Shown here: positions 26,723-35,954 of the stretch, piece by piece
How the letters are laid out: every line of letters starts with the position of its first letter
How positions within the stretch are numbered: position 1 is the first letter of the stretch
Source: an uncultured Planctomycetia bacterium
GTDB taxonomy: Bacteria; Omnitrophota; Gorgyraeia; 2-02-FULL-51-18
Direction of reading: 5' to 3'
Assembly: GCA_964606485.1 (NCBI GenBank)
Contig: CAZSGP010000003.1
Span: forward strand, 130,481 to 194,480
Length of the DNA stretch: 64,000 nt
Position numbers and translations under genes: made by a program
The notes under the pieces: model-generated
The model's database searches: none
The model's input: the letters and a program-made list of their open reading frames with translations, nothing else
Told to the model about the DNA's origin: nothing

Positions 26723-28252
26723 ATGAACAGCAAGGTCTATCTTGTCGGTGCAGGTCCCGGAGACCCGGGGCTTTTGACGCTCAAGGCGTGTCGGGCGCTG
26801 GAAGAAGCGGATCTTGTGATCTATGACTATCTCTCAAACACAGAGCATTTGAATCACTGTAAGAGCACCGTGCAAAAAGTGGCGGTGGGGAAAGGGTTCC
26901 GTCACAAGGCGATTTCCCAGCAAAAAATTAACCGTTTGATTGTGAGTGCGGCACAAAAAAATCAAACTGTGGTGCGGCTTAAGGGCGGAGACCCGTACTT
27001 GTTTGGCCGCGGCGGCGAAGAGGCGCTTTTTTTACACGAGCACAAAATTCCATTTGAAGTGGTGCCGGGCGTCACCAGTGCGACGGCTTGTGCGGCGTAC
27101 GCGGGGATTCCGCTCACACACCGCGACCACAACCAAAGTGTGACGTTTCTCACCGGACACCGGGCCGAAGACGGGCACCTGGACACGCTGCCGTGGAAAA
27201 AGATCGTAGAGATGGGCGGAACGCTTGCTATTTACATGGGGTTTTATAATTTAAAATCGATTGCCGAGAATTTGATTAAAAACGGAATGAACACGGATAT
27301 GCCTGTTGCCGTTGTGGAATGGGGAACGCTGCCGACGCAAAAAAGTGTGGTGGGAGCGCTTAAAAATATTGGGACGCTGGTTGAAAAAAAGAATTTGAAG
27401 CCGCCAGCGATGATTTTTATAGGCGAAGTGGTTGGTTTAAGCGCAAAACTCAACTGGTACGAGCGGCTGCCGCTCTTTGGTAAAAAAATTGTGATTACCC
27501 GCACCAAAGAACGCGCCGGTGCGATGACAGAAAAACTGAGAAACCTGGGTGCGGAGGTCGTGGAGTTTCCGGTGATTGAGATTGGAAAGCCCAAAAGTTT
27601 TACCGGGCTTGATGGGGCGCTCAGAGAAATTCAAAAATTTGATTGGGTGGTGTTTTCAAGCACGTATGGAGTCGAAAGTTTTTTTGAACGCCTTGCGGCG
27701 CAAAAAAAAGACGCACGGGCTTTGAGCGGCATAAAATTTGCCTGTGTGGGGCCGGGAACAGCAATGGCGCTTAAAAGTTTTGGAGTGAGCACGGATTTAC
27801 TGCCGGATCACTACGAGACGTCGGCGATTGTTGAAAAATTTAGAACGGCTAAAATAAATTTAAAAGAAAAAAGAGTGCTTTTGCCGCGGACGGACATTGC
27901 ACCCCCGGCGCTTCAAGTGGGGCTTAAAAAACTGGGAGCGCTTGTCACCCAGGTGACGGCGTACACGACGCGGACGCCAAAAATAATTTCGGCGGAATTT
28001 AAAAAAGAAATTTTAACAAATGGCGCCGACTTTGTGACGTTTACAAGCTCGTCGACGGTGGATAATTTTGTTAAGATCATGGGGCTTCGCGAGGTGAAAC
28101 GGCTTTCAAAAAAGGCGAAACTGGCGAGCATAGGCCCGGTGACAAGTGAAGCGATGCGGCGATACGGACTCAAACCCGCGGTAGAGGCAAAAATTTTTAC
28201 GGTAGAAGGACTAGTGAATGCGATAAAGAATTGTCATTCCCGCAAGTTTTAA
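26723..28252 (+). CDS. Bifunctional uroporphyrinogen-III C-methyltransferase / uroporphyrinogen-III synthase
   Basis: N-terminal 'VYLVGAGPGDPGLLTLKA' (CobA/CysG methyltransferase). The C-terminal ~250 aa are HemD-like. Confidence 0.8.
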   Translation: MNSKVYLVGAGPGDPGLLTLKACRALEEADLVIYDYLSNTEHLNHCKSTVQKVAVGKGFRHKAISQQKINRLIVSAAQKNQTVVRLKGGDPYLFGRGGEEALFLHEHKIPFEVVPGVTSATACAAYAGIPLTHRDHNQSVTFLTGHRAEDGHLDTLPWKKIVEMGGTLAIYMGFYNLKSIAENLIKNGMNTDMPVAVVEWGTLPTQKSVVGALKNIGTLVEKKNLKPPAMIFIGEVVGLSAKLNWYERLPLFGKKIVITRTKERAGAMTEKLRNLGAEVVEFPVIEIGKPKSFTGLDGALREIQKFDWVVFSSTYGVESFFERLAAQKKDARALSGIKFACVGPGTAMALKSFGVSTDLLPDHYETSAIVEKFRTAKINLKEKRVLLPRTDIAPPALQVGLKKLGALVTQVTAYTTRTPKIISAEFKKEILTNGADFVTFTSSSTVDNFVKIMGLREVKRLSKKAKLASIGPVTSEAMRRYGLKPAVEAKIFTVEGLVNAIKNCHSRKF

Positions 28253-28303
28253 GCGGGAATCAGGCTGATCCCCGATAAAAGATTTCGGGGATGACAGGAG
28301 AAG

Positions 28304-29281
28304 ATGAAACCTTTAAAAATCAGACCACGTCGTTTAAGAGAAAATCCACTCGTGCGGAGCTTTGTGTCGGAAAACTCCATTTTGGCAAAGGATTTGATTC
28401 AGCCGATTTTTATAAAAGAAGGGCTCACGAAGCCGGTTGAAATAGCGTCCATGCCGGGACAGTTTCAGCAAACGCTTGCGAGTGCGGTGACAGAAGCGAA
28501 GATTTTAGAGAAGCTTGGGGTGTCGGGCGTGATTTTATTTGGCATACCGACTAAAAAAGATTTGAACGGACGCGCGGCGTTTGCGGGAAATGGAATTACT
28601 CAAAAAGCGATAGCACAGATTAAAAAAGCGGCGCCAAAACTACTGGTGATTGCGGATGTTTGTTTATGTGAATACTTAAGCCATGGACACTGTGGAATTA
28701 TAAAAAATAAAAGCGTTCAAAACGACGAGACGCTGGACGTTTTGGCCAAGGTGGCGATCAGTTACGCGCGGGCGGGAGCGGACATTGTGGCGCCGTCGGA
28801 CATGATGGATGGACGCGTGGCGGCAATCCGTGAGGCGCTCGATAAAAATAATTTTAAAAATGTGCCGATTTTGTCGTATGCGGTGAAGTACGCTTCTAGT
28901 TTTTACGCGCCGTTTCGGGACGCGGCGGAGAGCGCGCCGGCATTTGGAGACCGCAAGAGCTACCAGATGAACCCGGCGAATATTCGAGAGGCTTTGAAAG
29001 AAGCGGCACTCGACGTAGCTGAGGGCGCGGACATGCTTTTGGTGAAACCGGCGCTGACGTACGGGGACATTCTTTCAAAATTGCAGGAAAAATATTCGAT
29101 CCCAGTGGGAGCCTATAGCGTGAGCGGAGAGTACGCAATGATCAAAGCGGCGGTGGTGATGGGATGGCTCGACGAGCAAAAAACGGTGCTAGAGACGCAT
29201 TTGTCGCTGAAGCGCGCGGGAGCGGATTTCATTGTGACGTACTGGGCAAAAGACATTGCAAAATGGGGAGTGGGGTTATGA
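28304..29281 (+). CDS. hemB: Porphobilinogen synthase (ALA dehydratase)
   Basis: 'RPRRLRENPLVRSFV' N-terminus and an active-site Lys region 'VKPAL'. Confidence 0.9.
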   Translation: MKPLKIRPRRLRENPLVRSFVSENSILAKDLIQPIFIKEGLTKPVEIASMPGQFQQTLASAVTEAKILEKLGVSGVILFGIPTKKDLNGRAAFAGNGITQKAIAQIKKAAPKLLVIADVCLCEYLSHGHCGIIKNKSVQNDETLDVLAKVAISYARAGADIVAPSDMMDGRVAAIREALDKNNFKNVPILSYAVKYASSFYAPFRDAAESAPAFGDRKSYQMNPANIREALKEAALDVAEGADMLLVKPALTYGDILSKLQEKYSIPVGAYSVSGEYAMIKAAVVMGWLDEQKTVLETHLSLKRAGADFIVTYWAKDIAKWGVGL

Positions 29282-30528
29282 GCCAGCAGTGGGTGGACGC
29301 GCAAAATCATTTGGCGGGTGGAGTCAATAGTCCAGTTCGCGCGTTTCGCGCGGTGGGTGGAGAGCCGGTGTTCATGAAAAGCGGCAAAGGGGCCGAGCTT
29401 ACAGACACGGCTGGAAAAAAATACGTCGACTACTGCATGTCGTGGGGCGCGCTTTACTTTGGCCACGCGGACCCAGTGACGGTGAAAGCGGTGCAAGCGC
29501 AGGCTAAGAAGGGTTTGAGTTTTGGCGCGTGCACGACGCTTGAAACGGAGCTCGCGACTGAAATTCAAAAAGTGTTTCCGAATATGGAGCGCATTCGTTT
29601 TACGAGTTCGGGTACGGAAGCGGTGATGAGTGCGATTCGTTTGGCGCGTGGATTCACCAAAAAAGAGCGGGTCGTGAAATTTGAGGGGTGCTACCACGGC
29701 CACGCAGACAGTTTGCTTGTGAAGGCGGGAAGCGGGCTTGCGACATTTGGAACTCCAGACTCGGGGGGAATTCCAAAGGAACTTGCGAAGCTCACGACGG
29801 TTTTGGAATACAACAACAGTGACGCTGTGCGAGCGCATTTTAGAAAATCAAAAGACACGGCGTGTGTGATTGTGGAGCCGGTTGCCGGAAACATGGGAGT
29901 GGTGCCGGGGAAAACAGAATTTTTAGAGACACTCAAAAAGGAATGCAAAAAGGCCGGGGCGCTTTTGATATTTGATGAAGTGATGAGCGGATTTCGGGTG
30001 GCGTACGGCGGGGCGCAACATTTGCACGGCATAACGCCGGATATGGTGGTTTTGGGGAAAGTGATTGGCGGGGGCTTGCCGGTGGGTGCGTTTGGCGCGC
30101 GGCGCGAAATCATGGAAAATTTGTCGCCGCTGGGTGCCGTGTACCAAGCGGGAACGCTGTCGGGGAACCCGCTTTCAATGGCGGCGGGACTCTCTGTGCT
30201 AAAACGTCTTTCCAAAAAAAATCACAATGATGCTGAGAAAAAACAAAAGACGCTGCTCGCGGGGGCGCAGGAAATATTTGCGCGGAAAAAAATAGAGGTT
30301 GTGATTCAGAGCGTGGGGCTCATGTTTACGGTATTTTTTAGAAGCGGTAAGGTTGAAAATTGGAACGACGTTTCGAGATCTGACAAAGAAGCTTTTAAGA
30401 AATATTTTAACCGGATGCTGGCCGCGGGAATTTACCTGCCGCCGTCGGCGTTTGAAGCGGCATTTTTTTCTCAAGCGCATGGGAAAAATGAAATTGAAAA
30501 AACATTGAAGGCGATCGAGCGATGCTAA
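29278..30528 (+). CDS. hemL: Glutamate-1-semialdehyde 2,1-aminomutase
   Basis: 'GGVNSPVRAF' and a PLP-Lys region 'LGKVIGGGLPVGAFG'. The start is taken at the ATG overlapping the hemB stop. Confidence 0.9.
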   Translation: MSQQWVDAQNHLAGGVNSPVRAFRAVGGEPVFMKSGKGAELTDTAGKKYVDYCMSWGALYFGHADPVTVKAVQAQAKKGLSFGACTTLETELATEIQKVFPNMERIRFTSSGTEAVMSAIRLARGFTKKERVVKFEGCYHGHADSLLVKAGSGLATFGTPDSGGIPKELAKLTTVLEYNNSDAVRAHFRKSKDTACVIVEPVAGNMGVVPGKTEFLETLKKECKKAGALLIFDEVMSGFRVAYGGAQHLHGITPDMVVLGKVIGGGLPVGAFGARREIMENLSPLGAVYQAGTLSGNPLSMAAGLSVLKRLSKKNHNDAEKKQKTLLAGAQEIFARKKIEVVIQSVGLMFTVFFRSGKVENWNDVSRSDKEAFKKYFNRMLAAGIYLPPSAFEAAFFSQAHGKNEIEKTLKAIERC

Positions 30529-31553
30529 AGCGAATTGGTTTTTTGTGTTTAGCGGTACTTCTGATGGGGGCCGACTATTTGGGTGAAGAAACGGCGCGTT
30601 TCATGGAGAACGCGGAGGGCGTGAGTTTTGAGCTTGCTCTTTCCGATGAGCGCGTCAACGACGCGAAGTTTCACGCGGTTGCGGACGAAACATTTAAAAT
30701 TATTAGCGAGACGAAGAAAAAATTTTCCGAAACGGAGCCCACGAGCGTGGTGAGCCGGATCAACGCGGCAGCGACCGGTGAAAGTTTTGTGCTAGACGAG
30801 GATGTCTGGACAGCGGTTAAAGAAGCGCAGAGAATTTCGCGGCTTTCAGACGGCGCTGTGGATTTTGGATCGGGGCGTTTGGAAGCGCTTTGGAAAGCGG
30901 CGAAAGAAAAAGCGGCGAGGCCTACCGACGAAGAAATAGGGCTTGCGCTGGCAGAGTCGGGGCAAAATCATTTCGAATTAAACGCAGAGAAAAAAACGCT
31001 GACCGTTGTGAAGGCTGGCGCGCGGCTTTCGCTCGGCGAGCTGTCGACAGCGGTTGCGGTGGACAAGGCGTGTGCGTATTTGAAAGACCAGAATTTGCGG
31101 TCGGCAGTTTTAAGTGCGGACGAGGACGTGCGGCTCGTGGGTTTGGGAGCTGAGGGGCGGTTTCGGCAGGTGGCGATTGAGCACCCCAGAGACATTGAAG
31201 AAAATGCTGCGGTTTTAAAATTAGATAAAGAGTGCGTGGTGTCGACCGCGAGCGATACGGAGAATTTTTTCATGGTTCAAGGGAAGCGGGTTTCGTGCTC
31301 ACCCGACCCAAAAACCGGAAAAGAACCTAAAAGCGGTGTGTTGAGCGTAACAGTGATCACTAAGAAAGCGCTTTTGGCGCGGCTCCTGTCGAAGGCATTT
31401 TTTGTAATGGGCGAAGAAAAAGGTTATACTCTGCTGGATTCACTTAAGAATGAAGGGGTGGATGCGGTATTTATAACGCAAATTGTCGGCGGGCCGATAC
31501 TGCTCAGCAGTTCGGATGACATTCGCCCGGCGATGAAAGACATTAATCTATGA
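30522..31553 (+). CDS. ApbE-like FAD:protein FMN transferase (divergent)
   Basis: 'SDGAVDFGSGRLEALW' resembles the ApbE 'DGAFDPT.G.L..LW' motif. Signal peptide or lipoprotein-like N-terminus. Confidence 0.45.
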   Translation: MLKRIGFLCLAVLLMGADYLGEETARFMENAEGVSFELALSDERVNDAKFHAVADETFKIISETKKKFSETEPTSVVSRINAAATGESFVLDEDVWTAVKEAQRISRLSDGAVDFGSGRLEALWKAAKEKAARPTDEEIGLALAESGQNHFELNAEKKTLTVVKAGARLSLGELSTAVAVDKACAYLKDQNLRSAVLSADEDVRLVGLGAEGRFRQVAIEHPRDIEENAAVLKLDKECVVSTASDTENFFMVQGKRVSCSPDPKTGKEPKSGVLSVTVITKKALLARLLSKAFFVMGEEKGYTLLDSLKNEGVDAVFITQIVGGPILLSSSDDIRPAMKDINL

Positions 31554-32542
31554 GAACAACTTCGATGAATTTGGAAGAAATTTACGCGCCGGCGCAAAAA
31601 GATTTGGAGCGCTTTTCGGACATTTTAAAGAAAGAGCTTGCGTCGGACGATGCGCTGATTACGAACATTCATAATCATTTGCTCAAGATGACGGGGAAAT
31701 TTTTAAGACCCGCGCTCACACTTTTAAGCTCCAAACTTGGCCCCAAAGATAAGCCTGTGGAAGCAGCGAAGCTTTCAGCGGCGATTGAGCTGATTCATAC
31801 GGCGACGCTCATTCATGATGATATCATCGACAATTCGGAATTGAGACGCAACATGCCGTCGGTGCATTCGAAATGGGGACGGGATATTTCGATTGTGTCG
31901 GGGGACTATTTGTACGCGAAGGCGTTTATGCTGCTTGCGTCGCTCAAGGATGTGTACCTAAACCAGGCGCTCGCGGCGTGTGCTCATGTGATGTGCGAAG
32001 GCGAGATGAAGCAGATTGAAAAGCGCACAGACTTTTTGATGACTGAGGAAGAGTATTTGAAAATTATTCACCAAAAAACGGCGGCACTCTTTCAGGCGTC
32101 GTGCATGGGCGGGGCGTATTTGGCGGGACTGGATTTGACGCATGTGCGCAAGCTTGGCGACTACGGATACAATTTGGGAATGGCGTTTCAGATTGTGGAC
32201 GACTGTTTGGATTTGGTCGGCGAGACTCAGACGCTCGGGAAAACGGCGGGGCTTGATGTTTACAAAAACGATGTGACGCTGCCGCTTTTATATTTATTTC
32301 AAAATATTAATTTGTCAAGACGGGCGGAGCTGTTGCGTCAAATTGAAACAGGGCATCCGGACCCAGGGATTTTGTCGGAAATTCAAAAATTAGCCAAAGA
32401 AACGCGCGCCATTGAGCAAGCGATGGCAAAAGCCCGGCAATACATTGAAAAAGCACATGAGGCGCTGCAAGGTATAGCCGCAAGCCCATCCAAAGACAGC
32501 CTGGAAAACCTGGCGCTTTTCTGTATTGAAAGAGCTCGTTAA
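31550..32542 (+). CDS. Long-chain polyprenyl diphosphate synthase (IspB/HepT type)
   Basis: First and second Asp-rich motifs: 'LIHDDIIDN' and 'FQIVDDCLD'. Confidence 0.85.
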   Translation: MRTTSMNLEEIYAPAQKDLERFSDILKKELASDDALITNIHNHLLKMTGKFLRPALTLLSSKLGPKDKPVEAAKLSAAIELIHTATLIHDDIIDNSELRRNMPSVHSKWGRDISIVSGDYLYAKAFMLLASLKDVYLNQALAACAHVMCEGEMKQIEKRTDFLMTEEEYLKIIHQKTAALFQASCMGGAYLAGLDLTHVRKLGDYGYNLGMAFQIVDDCLDLVGETQTLGKTAGLDVYKNDVTLPLLYLFQNINLSRRAELLRQIETGHPDPGILSEIQKLAKETRAIEQAMAKARQYIEKAHEALQGIAASPSKDSLENLALFCIERAR

Positions 32543-32576
32543 TCTGCTAGAATAAACCTTTCGCGAGGATAAGCGT

Positions 32577-32735
32577 ATGTTTGGAGTTGGTTTCCCCGAG
32601 TTGTTGGTTATTTTGTTGATTGCTCTGCTTCTTTTTGGTGCTAACCGCCTCCCTGAGATTGGAAAAAGTCTGGGTGAGGGTATTAAAGAATTCAAAAAGG
32701 CACTCAAAGACGGTCAAGGCGACAAAAAAAGCTAA
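32577..32735 (+). CDS. tatA: Twin-arginine translocase subunit TatA/E
   Basis: 52 aa. '[42 protein letters not shown]' is canonical for TatA. It is absent from the ORF track because it is shorter than 60 aa. Confidence 0.85.
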   Translation: MFGVGFPELLVILLIALLLFGANRLPEIGKSLGEGIKEFKKALKDGQGDKKS

Positions 32736-32760
32736 ACCCACCTGTTTCATCTTTTAAGTT

Positions 32761-33837
32761 ATGAAATCCCATAAACAAAAACGCGTTGTAGTTGCCATGT
32801 CCGGCGGAGTGGATAGCTCTGTTTGTGCCTATCTCTTAAAAAAAGAGGGCTGGGACGTTGTGGGCGTGACGATCAAGACTTGGGGGGATGATTCTTGTCG
32901 GGACGAAAAGTCGAAGGGGTGTTGCTCGCTGAGGGACATTGATGATGCGCGGTCGGTGGCGAGAAAGTTGGACATTCCATTTTATGTGATGGACCTCTCG
33001 GTGGATTTCAAAGAGAAGGTGATTGATTATTTTGTGGATGAATATTTCGCGGGGCGCACACCCAATCCGTGCATTGAGTGCAATCGGCACATCAAGTTTG
33101 GAATTCTCATGAATAAGGCCAAGGAGCTTGAGGCGGATTTTGTGGCCACGGGCCATTACGCGCGAAAAGGTTATGATGAGGTTCAGAAACGATTCACCAT
33201 TTACGAAGCGGTGGACCTGAACAAAGATCAATCGTATGTGTTGTTTGGACTCACTCAAGAGCAGCTTAAGAAAACGCTGCTCCCAATCGGCGAGCTTGAA
33301 AAGTCGAAGGTGCGTGAAATTGCGGAGGAGTTGGGATTGCGCGTGCATGACAAGCCGGACAGCCAGGAAATTTGCTTCGTTAAAAATAAGTACATCGACT
33401 TCGTGAAGGAATACGCCCCGAACCGTTTACCAGGAAACGGCGCGTTTGTCACCGCGGAGGGTCGCGAAGTTGGGCAGCATCACGGCAGTCAGGAATTTAC
33501 AATTGGGCAAAGAAAGCGCATTAAGATTAATGGGGATGAGCCTTATTTTGTGACGAAGATCGATGCGGCGAACAACCGAGTGGTTATTGGTCCCGAAAAA
33601 GATCTGCTTGCGAAAGAGATGCGCGTTCAGCGCGTCAATTGGATTTTAAATCCTCGCTTAGGGGCTGTTTCTGTTAAAATACGGTCCCGAAATTCCAAGT
33701 CTGCAGCTGAAATAGTTGGCGTGGAGAGCGGGGGAGTCCATCTCAGATTTACGGTGGCTCAAAAGGCTATTACGCCCGGTCAGGCGGCCGTCTTTTATGA
33801 TGGCCCGAATGTATTGGGAGGCGGTTGGATTGAATAG
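32761..33837 (+). CDS. mnmA: tRNA-specific 2-thiouridylase
   Basis: 'VVVAMSGGVDSSV' PP-loop and a conserved Cys region. Confidence 0.9.
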   Translation: MKSHKQKRVVVAMSGGVDSSVCAYLLKKEGWDVVGVTIKTWGDDSCRDEKSKGCCSLRDIDDARSVARKLDIPFYVMDLSVDFKEKVIDYFVDEYFAGRTPNPCIECNRHIKFGILMNKAKELEADFVATGHYARKGYDEVQKRFTIYEAVDLNKDQSYVLFGLTQEQLKKTLLPIGELEKSKVREIAEELGLRVHDKPDSQEICFVKNKYIDFVKEYAPNRLPGNGAFVTAEGREVGQHHGSQEFTIGQRKRIKINGDEPYFVTKIDAANNRVVIGPEKDLLAKEMRVQRVNWILNPRLGAVSVKIRSRNSKSAAEIVGVESGGVHLRFTVAQKAITPGQAAVFYDGPNVLGGGWIE

Positions 33838-33881
33838 TTAAGGTAGATTTGTTTAGATATATTTAAATTGTTGACTCGTTT

Positions 33882-33953
33882 GGCGGCGTAGCTCAGTGGT
33901 AGAGCGCGGGACTCATAAGCCCAAGGTCGGTGGTTCGATCCCACCCGCCGCCA
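33882..33953 (+). tRNA. tRNA with anticodon CAT (Met, or Ile2 if lysidine-modified)
   Basis: Acceptor stem GGCGGCG/CGCCGCC. D-arm GCTC/GAGC. T-arm GGTGG-TTCGATC-CCACC. The anticodon loop CTCATAA gives anticodon CAT. The anticodon stem has only 3 central G-C pairs with mismatched outer positions. Confidence 0.75.
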
Positions 33954-34018
33954 TGTTTTTTTGACAAAAGCTGAAAAATCATTATAATTACCTCTTATAT
34001 CACCTTATGGAGTTTAAA

Positions 34019-34573
34019 ATGAAAAAAGCTAGCGTTTCTGTACTTGCAATTGCATTACTGTTCATATCATCGTATTGCTTTTCTGAAGAATCGACCACTG
34101 CGAAAACAGAGGTTGTAACTACGACTCAAACTACAACCCAAGAACCTAATGCGATTGAAACCGTGGTTGCAACACCCGCAGAGACGCCAGTGATTGCTAC
34201 GCAACCTTTTGCCAGCGAGCAGCCCGTTGTCGATGAGGCGCCGGTTCAATCTGCGCCTGTTGCGGTGGAATCTCCAGTTGAAACACAGTTAGCCCCCGTG
34301 ACGACAAAGGAAACTGAGATTTCTGAGAACGTTGAGTTTGTTTCGGGTGAAGTCAGCTCCATCGATGCCGCTGCAAAGACCGTCACCGTTAAACTTTATG
34401 GCGAAGCGGATGATAAGGCAGGCGATAAAGTAATCACCGTTAAGGTTGATGAATCCACCGATATTACCGATGGGGATAAAGACCGTGATTTGGGCTCGCT
34501 GTCTACCGGAACCGAAGTGGATGTGGAGTACGACCCAGCATCCAACAAAGCAACGTATATTTTCGTTTATTAA
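34019..34573 (+). CDS. Secreted Thr/Pro/Glu-rich hypothetical protein
   Basis: Signal peptide 'MKKASVSVLAIALLFISS' and a low-complexity linker. The C-terminal ~80 aa look globular. Confidence 0.5.
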   Translation: MKKASVSVLAIALLFISSYCFSEESTTAKTEVVTTTQTTTQEPNAIETVVATPAETPVIATQPFASEQPVVDEAPVQSAPVAVESPVETQLAPVTTKETEISENVEFVSGEVSSIDAAAKTVTVKLYGEADDKAGDKVITVKVDESTDITDGDKDRDLGSLSTGTEVDVEYDPASNKATYIFVY

Positions 34574-34596
34574 TTTAAACGCCATCTTAACTTTAA

Positions 34597-34632
34597 CGGA
34601 TAAGAGCAGCTGCTCTTATCCGTTTTTGTTTT
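34597..34632 (+). terminator. Rho-independent terminator
   Basis: Perfect 13-bp palindrome CGGATAAGAGCAG/CTGCTCTTATCCG followed by TTTTTGTTTT. Confidence 0.85.
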
Positions 34633-34636
34633 AGAT

Positions 34637-35656
34637 ATGCAAATTTTTAGAAGTCTCCTTCAGGAAGTTGAAGTTCTAAACCGCCGTCATAATCTCTTCG
34701 AGAGAGGGGATCGGATCGTTTTGGGTTTATCTGGTGGTGCGGACTCCTTGTTTTTGCTGGAAACTCTAAAAGCACTAACCCATAAGTACTCCCTAGGGAT
34801 CACGGCTGCTCATTTAGATCACGGGATTCAGCATAAGCAAAATTCGAAGCATCTCCTTTTCTGCAAAGAATATTGTCGCAGAATCGGTGTGAGTTTTTTT
34901 TCAGCGCGAGTGAGTGTGCCTGCAGTCGCTAGGCGGTTGAAATTATCACTGGAGGAGGCCGGTCGAAATGAGCGGTATCAATTTTTTAGGGATGTCGCTC
35001 AAAAGACCCGATCAAATAAAATCGCAACCGCTCACACACTTGACGATCAGGCTGAAACGGTTTTGCTTCGCTTATTGAGAGGGACGGGCTTGAGAGGGCT
35101 TGGAGGAATTCCCGTTAAAAGGGTAGAAGGGGGCGCTTATGAAGTGATTCGTCCTCTGGCAAGTTGCGAAAAAAAAGATATTTTAAGGTACTTCGATAAA
35201 ACTAAGGAAAAATATTGCATTGATTCGAGCAATCACTCAAATGATTATTTACGTAATCGCGTACGGAACTCTCTTTTACCAGAACTCCAAAAAAATTATA
35301 ACCCCAAAATTAAAACCGCGTTGTGTCAACTGGCTGAAATTAGTTTAAATGCCCACAAACACTTGGAAATGGAAGCTTCAAGGATTCTCTCGAAACAGAA
35401 AGTCCTGCTTGGTGGGAAAGGTAGAATCCGGCTAGAGGTTAAGAATTTTTGCCTCCAAGCAAGGAGCATTCAGTCTGAGATAGTCGCTCAAGTTTATACC
35501 TCTTTGAAAGGCGACCTAAGGCAACTTGCGTACTCGCACATAGATTCGACTATTTTGGCAGCGCAGTCGGTGGAGTCGGGGCTTGAAATTCACTTGCCTC
35601 ACGGAATAACCATGAAAAAGAGCAGGGGTTTGCTTGTTTTTTCAAGAGCGCTCTAA
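34637..35656 (+). CDS. tilS: tRNA(Ile)-lysidine synthetase
   Basis: PP-loop 'VLGLSGGADSLFL'. Size and architecture fit TilS. Confidence 0.85.
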   Translation: MQIFRSLLQEVEVLNRRHNLFERGDRIVLGLSGGADSLFLLETLKALTHKYSLGITAAHLDHGIQHKQNSKHLLFCKEYCRRIGVSFFSARVSVPAVARRLKLSLEEAGRNERYQFFRDVAQKTRSNKIATAHTLDDQAETVLLRLLRGTGLRGLGGIPVKRVEGGAYEVIRPLASCEKKDILRYFDKTKEKYCIDSSNHSNDYLRNRVRNSLLPELQKNYNPKIKTALCQLAEISLNAHKHLEMEASRILSKQKVLLGGKGRIRLEVKNFCLQARSIQSEIVAQVYTSLKGDLRQLAYSHIDSTILAAQSVESGLEIHLPHGITMKKSRGLLVFSRAL

Positions 35657-35717
35657 AAATTGACAGGCTCCAGGATTACCGTTATAATCGCCGCCATTCA
35701 CAACAGAAAGGTATTGC

Positions 35718-35894
35718 ATGTCACGAGTTGAAGTTGGGCCGAACGAGCCGTTAGAGAAGGCGCTGAGACGCTTCAAAAAGAAGATCGAGCGTGAAGGTAT
35801 TCTTAAAACATTGAAAGCTCGTAAACACTACGAAAAGCCCAGTGAAATAAAGCGCCGCAAAGCCCGTTCTAGTAAAAACCGCAGCCGCTTCTAA
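35718..35894 (+). CDS. rpsU: 30S ribosomal protein S21
   Basis: 58 aa. 'MSRVEVGPNEPLEKALRRFKKKIEREGILKTLKARKHYEKPSE..RRKARS' is canonical S21. It is not in the ORF track (under 60 aa). The antisense ORF 35751-35936 is spurious. Confidence 0.9.
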   Translation: MSRVEVGPNEPLEKALRRFKKKIEREGILKTLKARKHYEKPSEIKRRKARSSKNRSRF

Positions 35895-35954
35895 ATCATT
35901 GATTGGAAAGGGGTCTATGCACAAAAACCCCAACAATAAGAAGAGCGTGATCTC

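Noticed and set aside
35751-35936. 61-aa minus-strand ORF overlapping rpsU
   Set aside because: The + strand encodes a canonical S21 (58 aa, not in the ORF track). The minus-strand ORF is its shadow.
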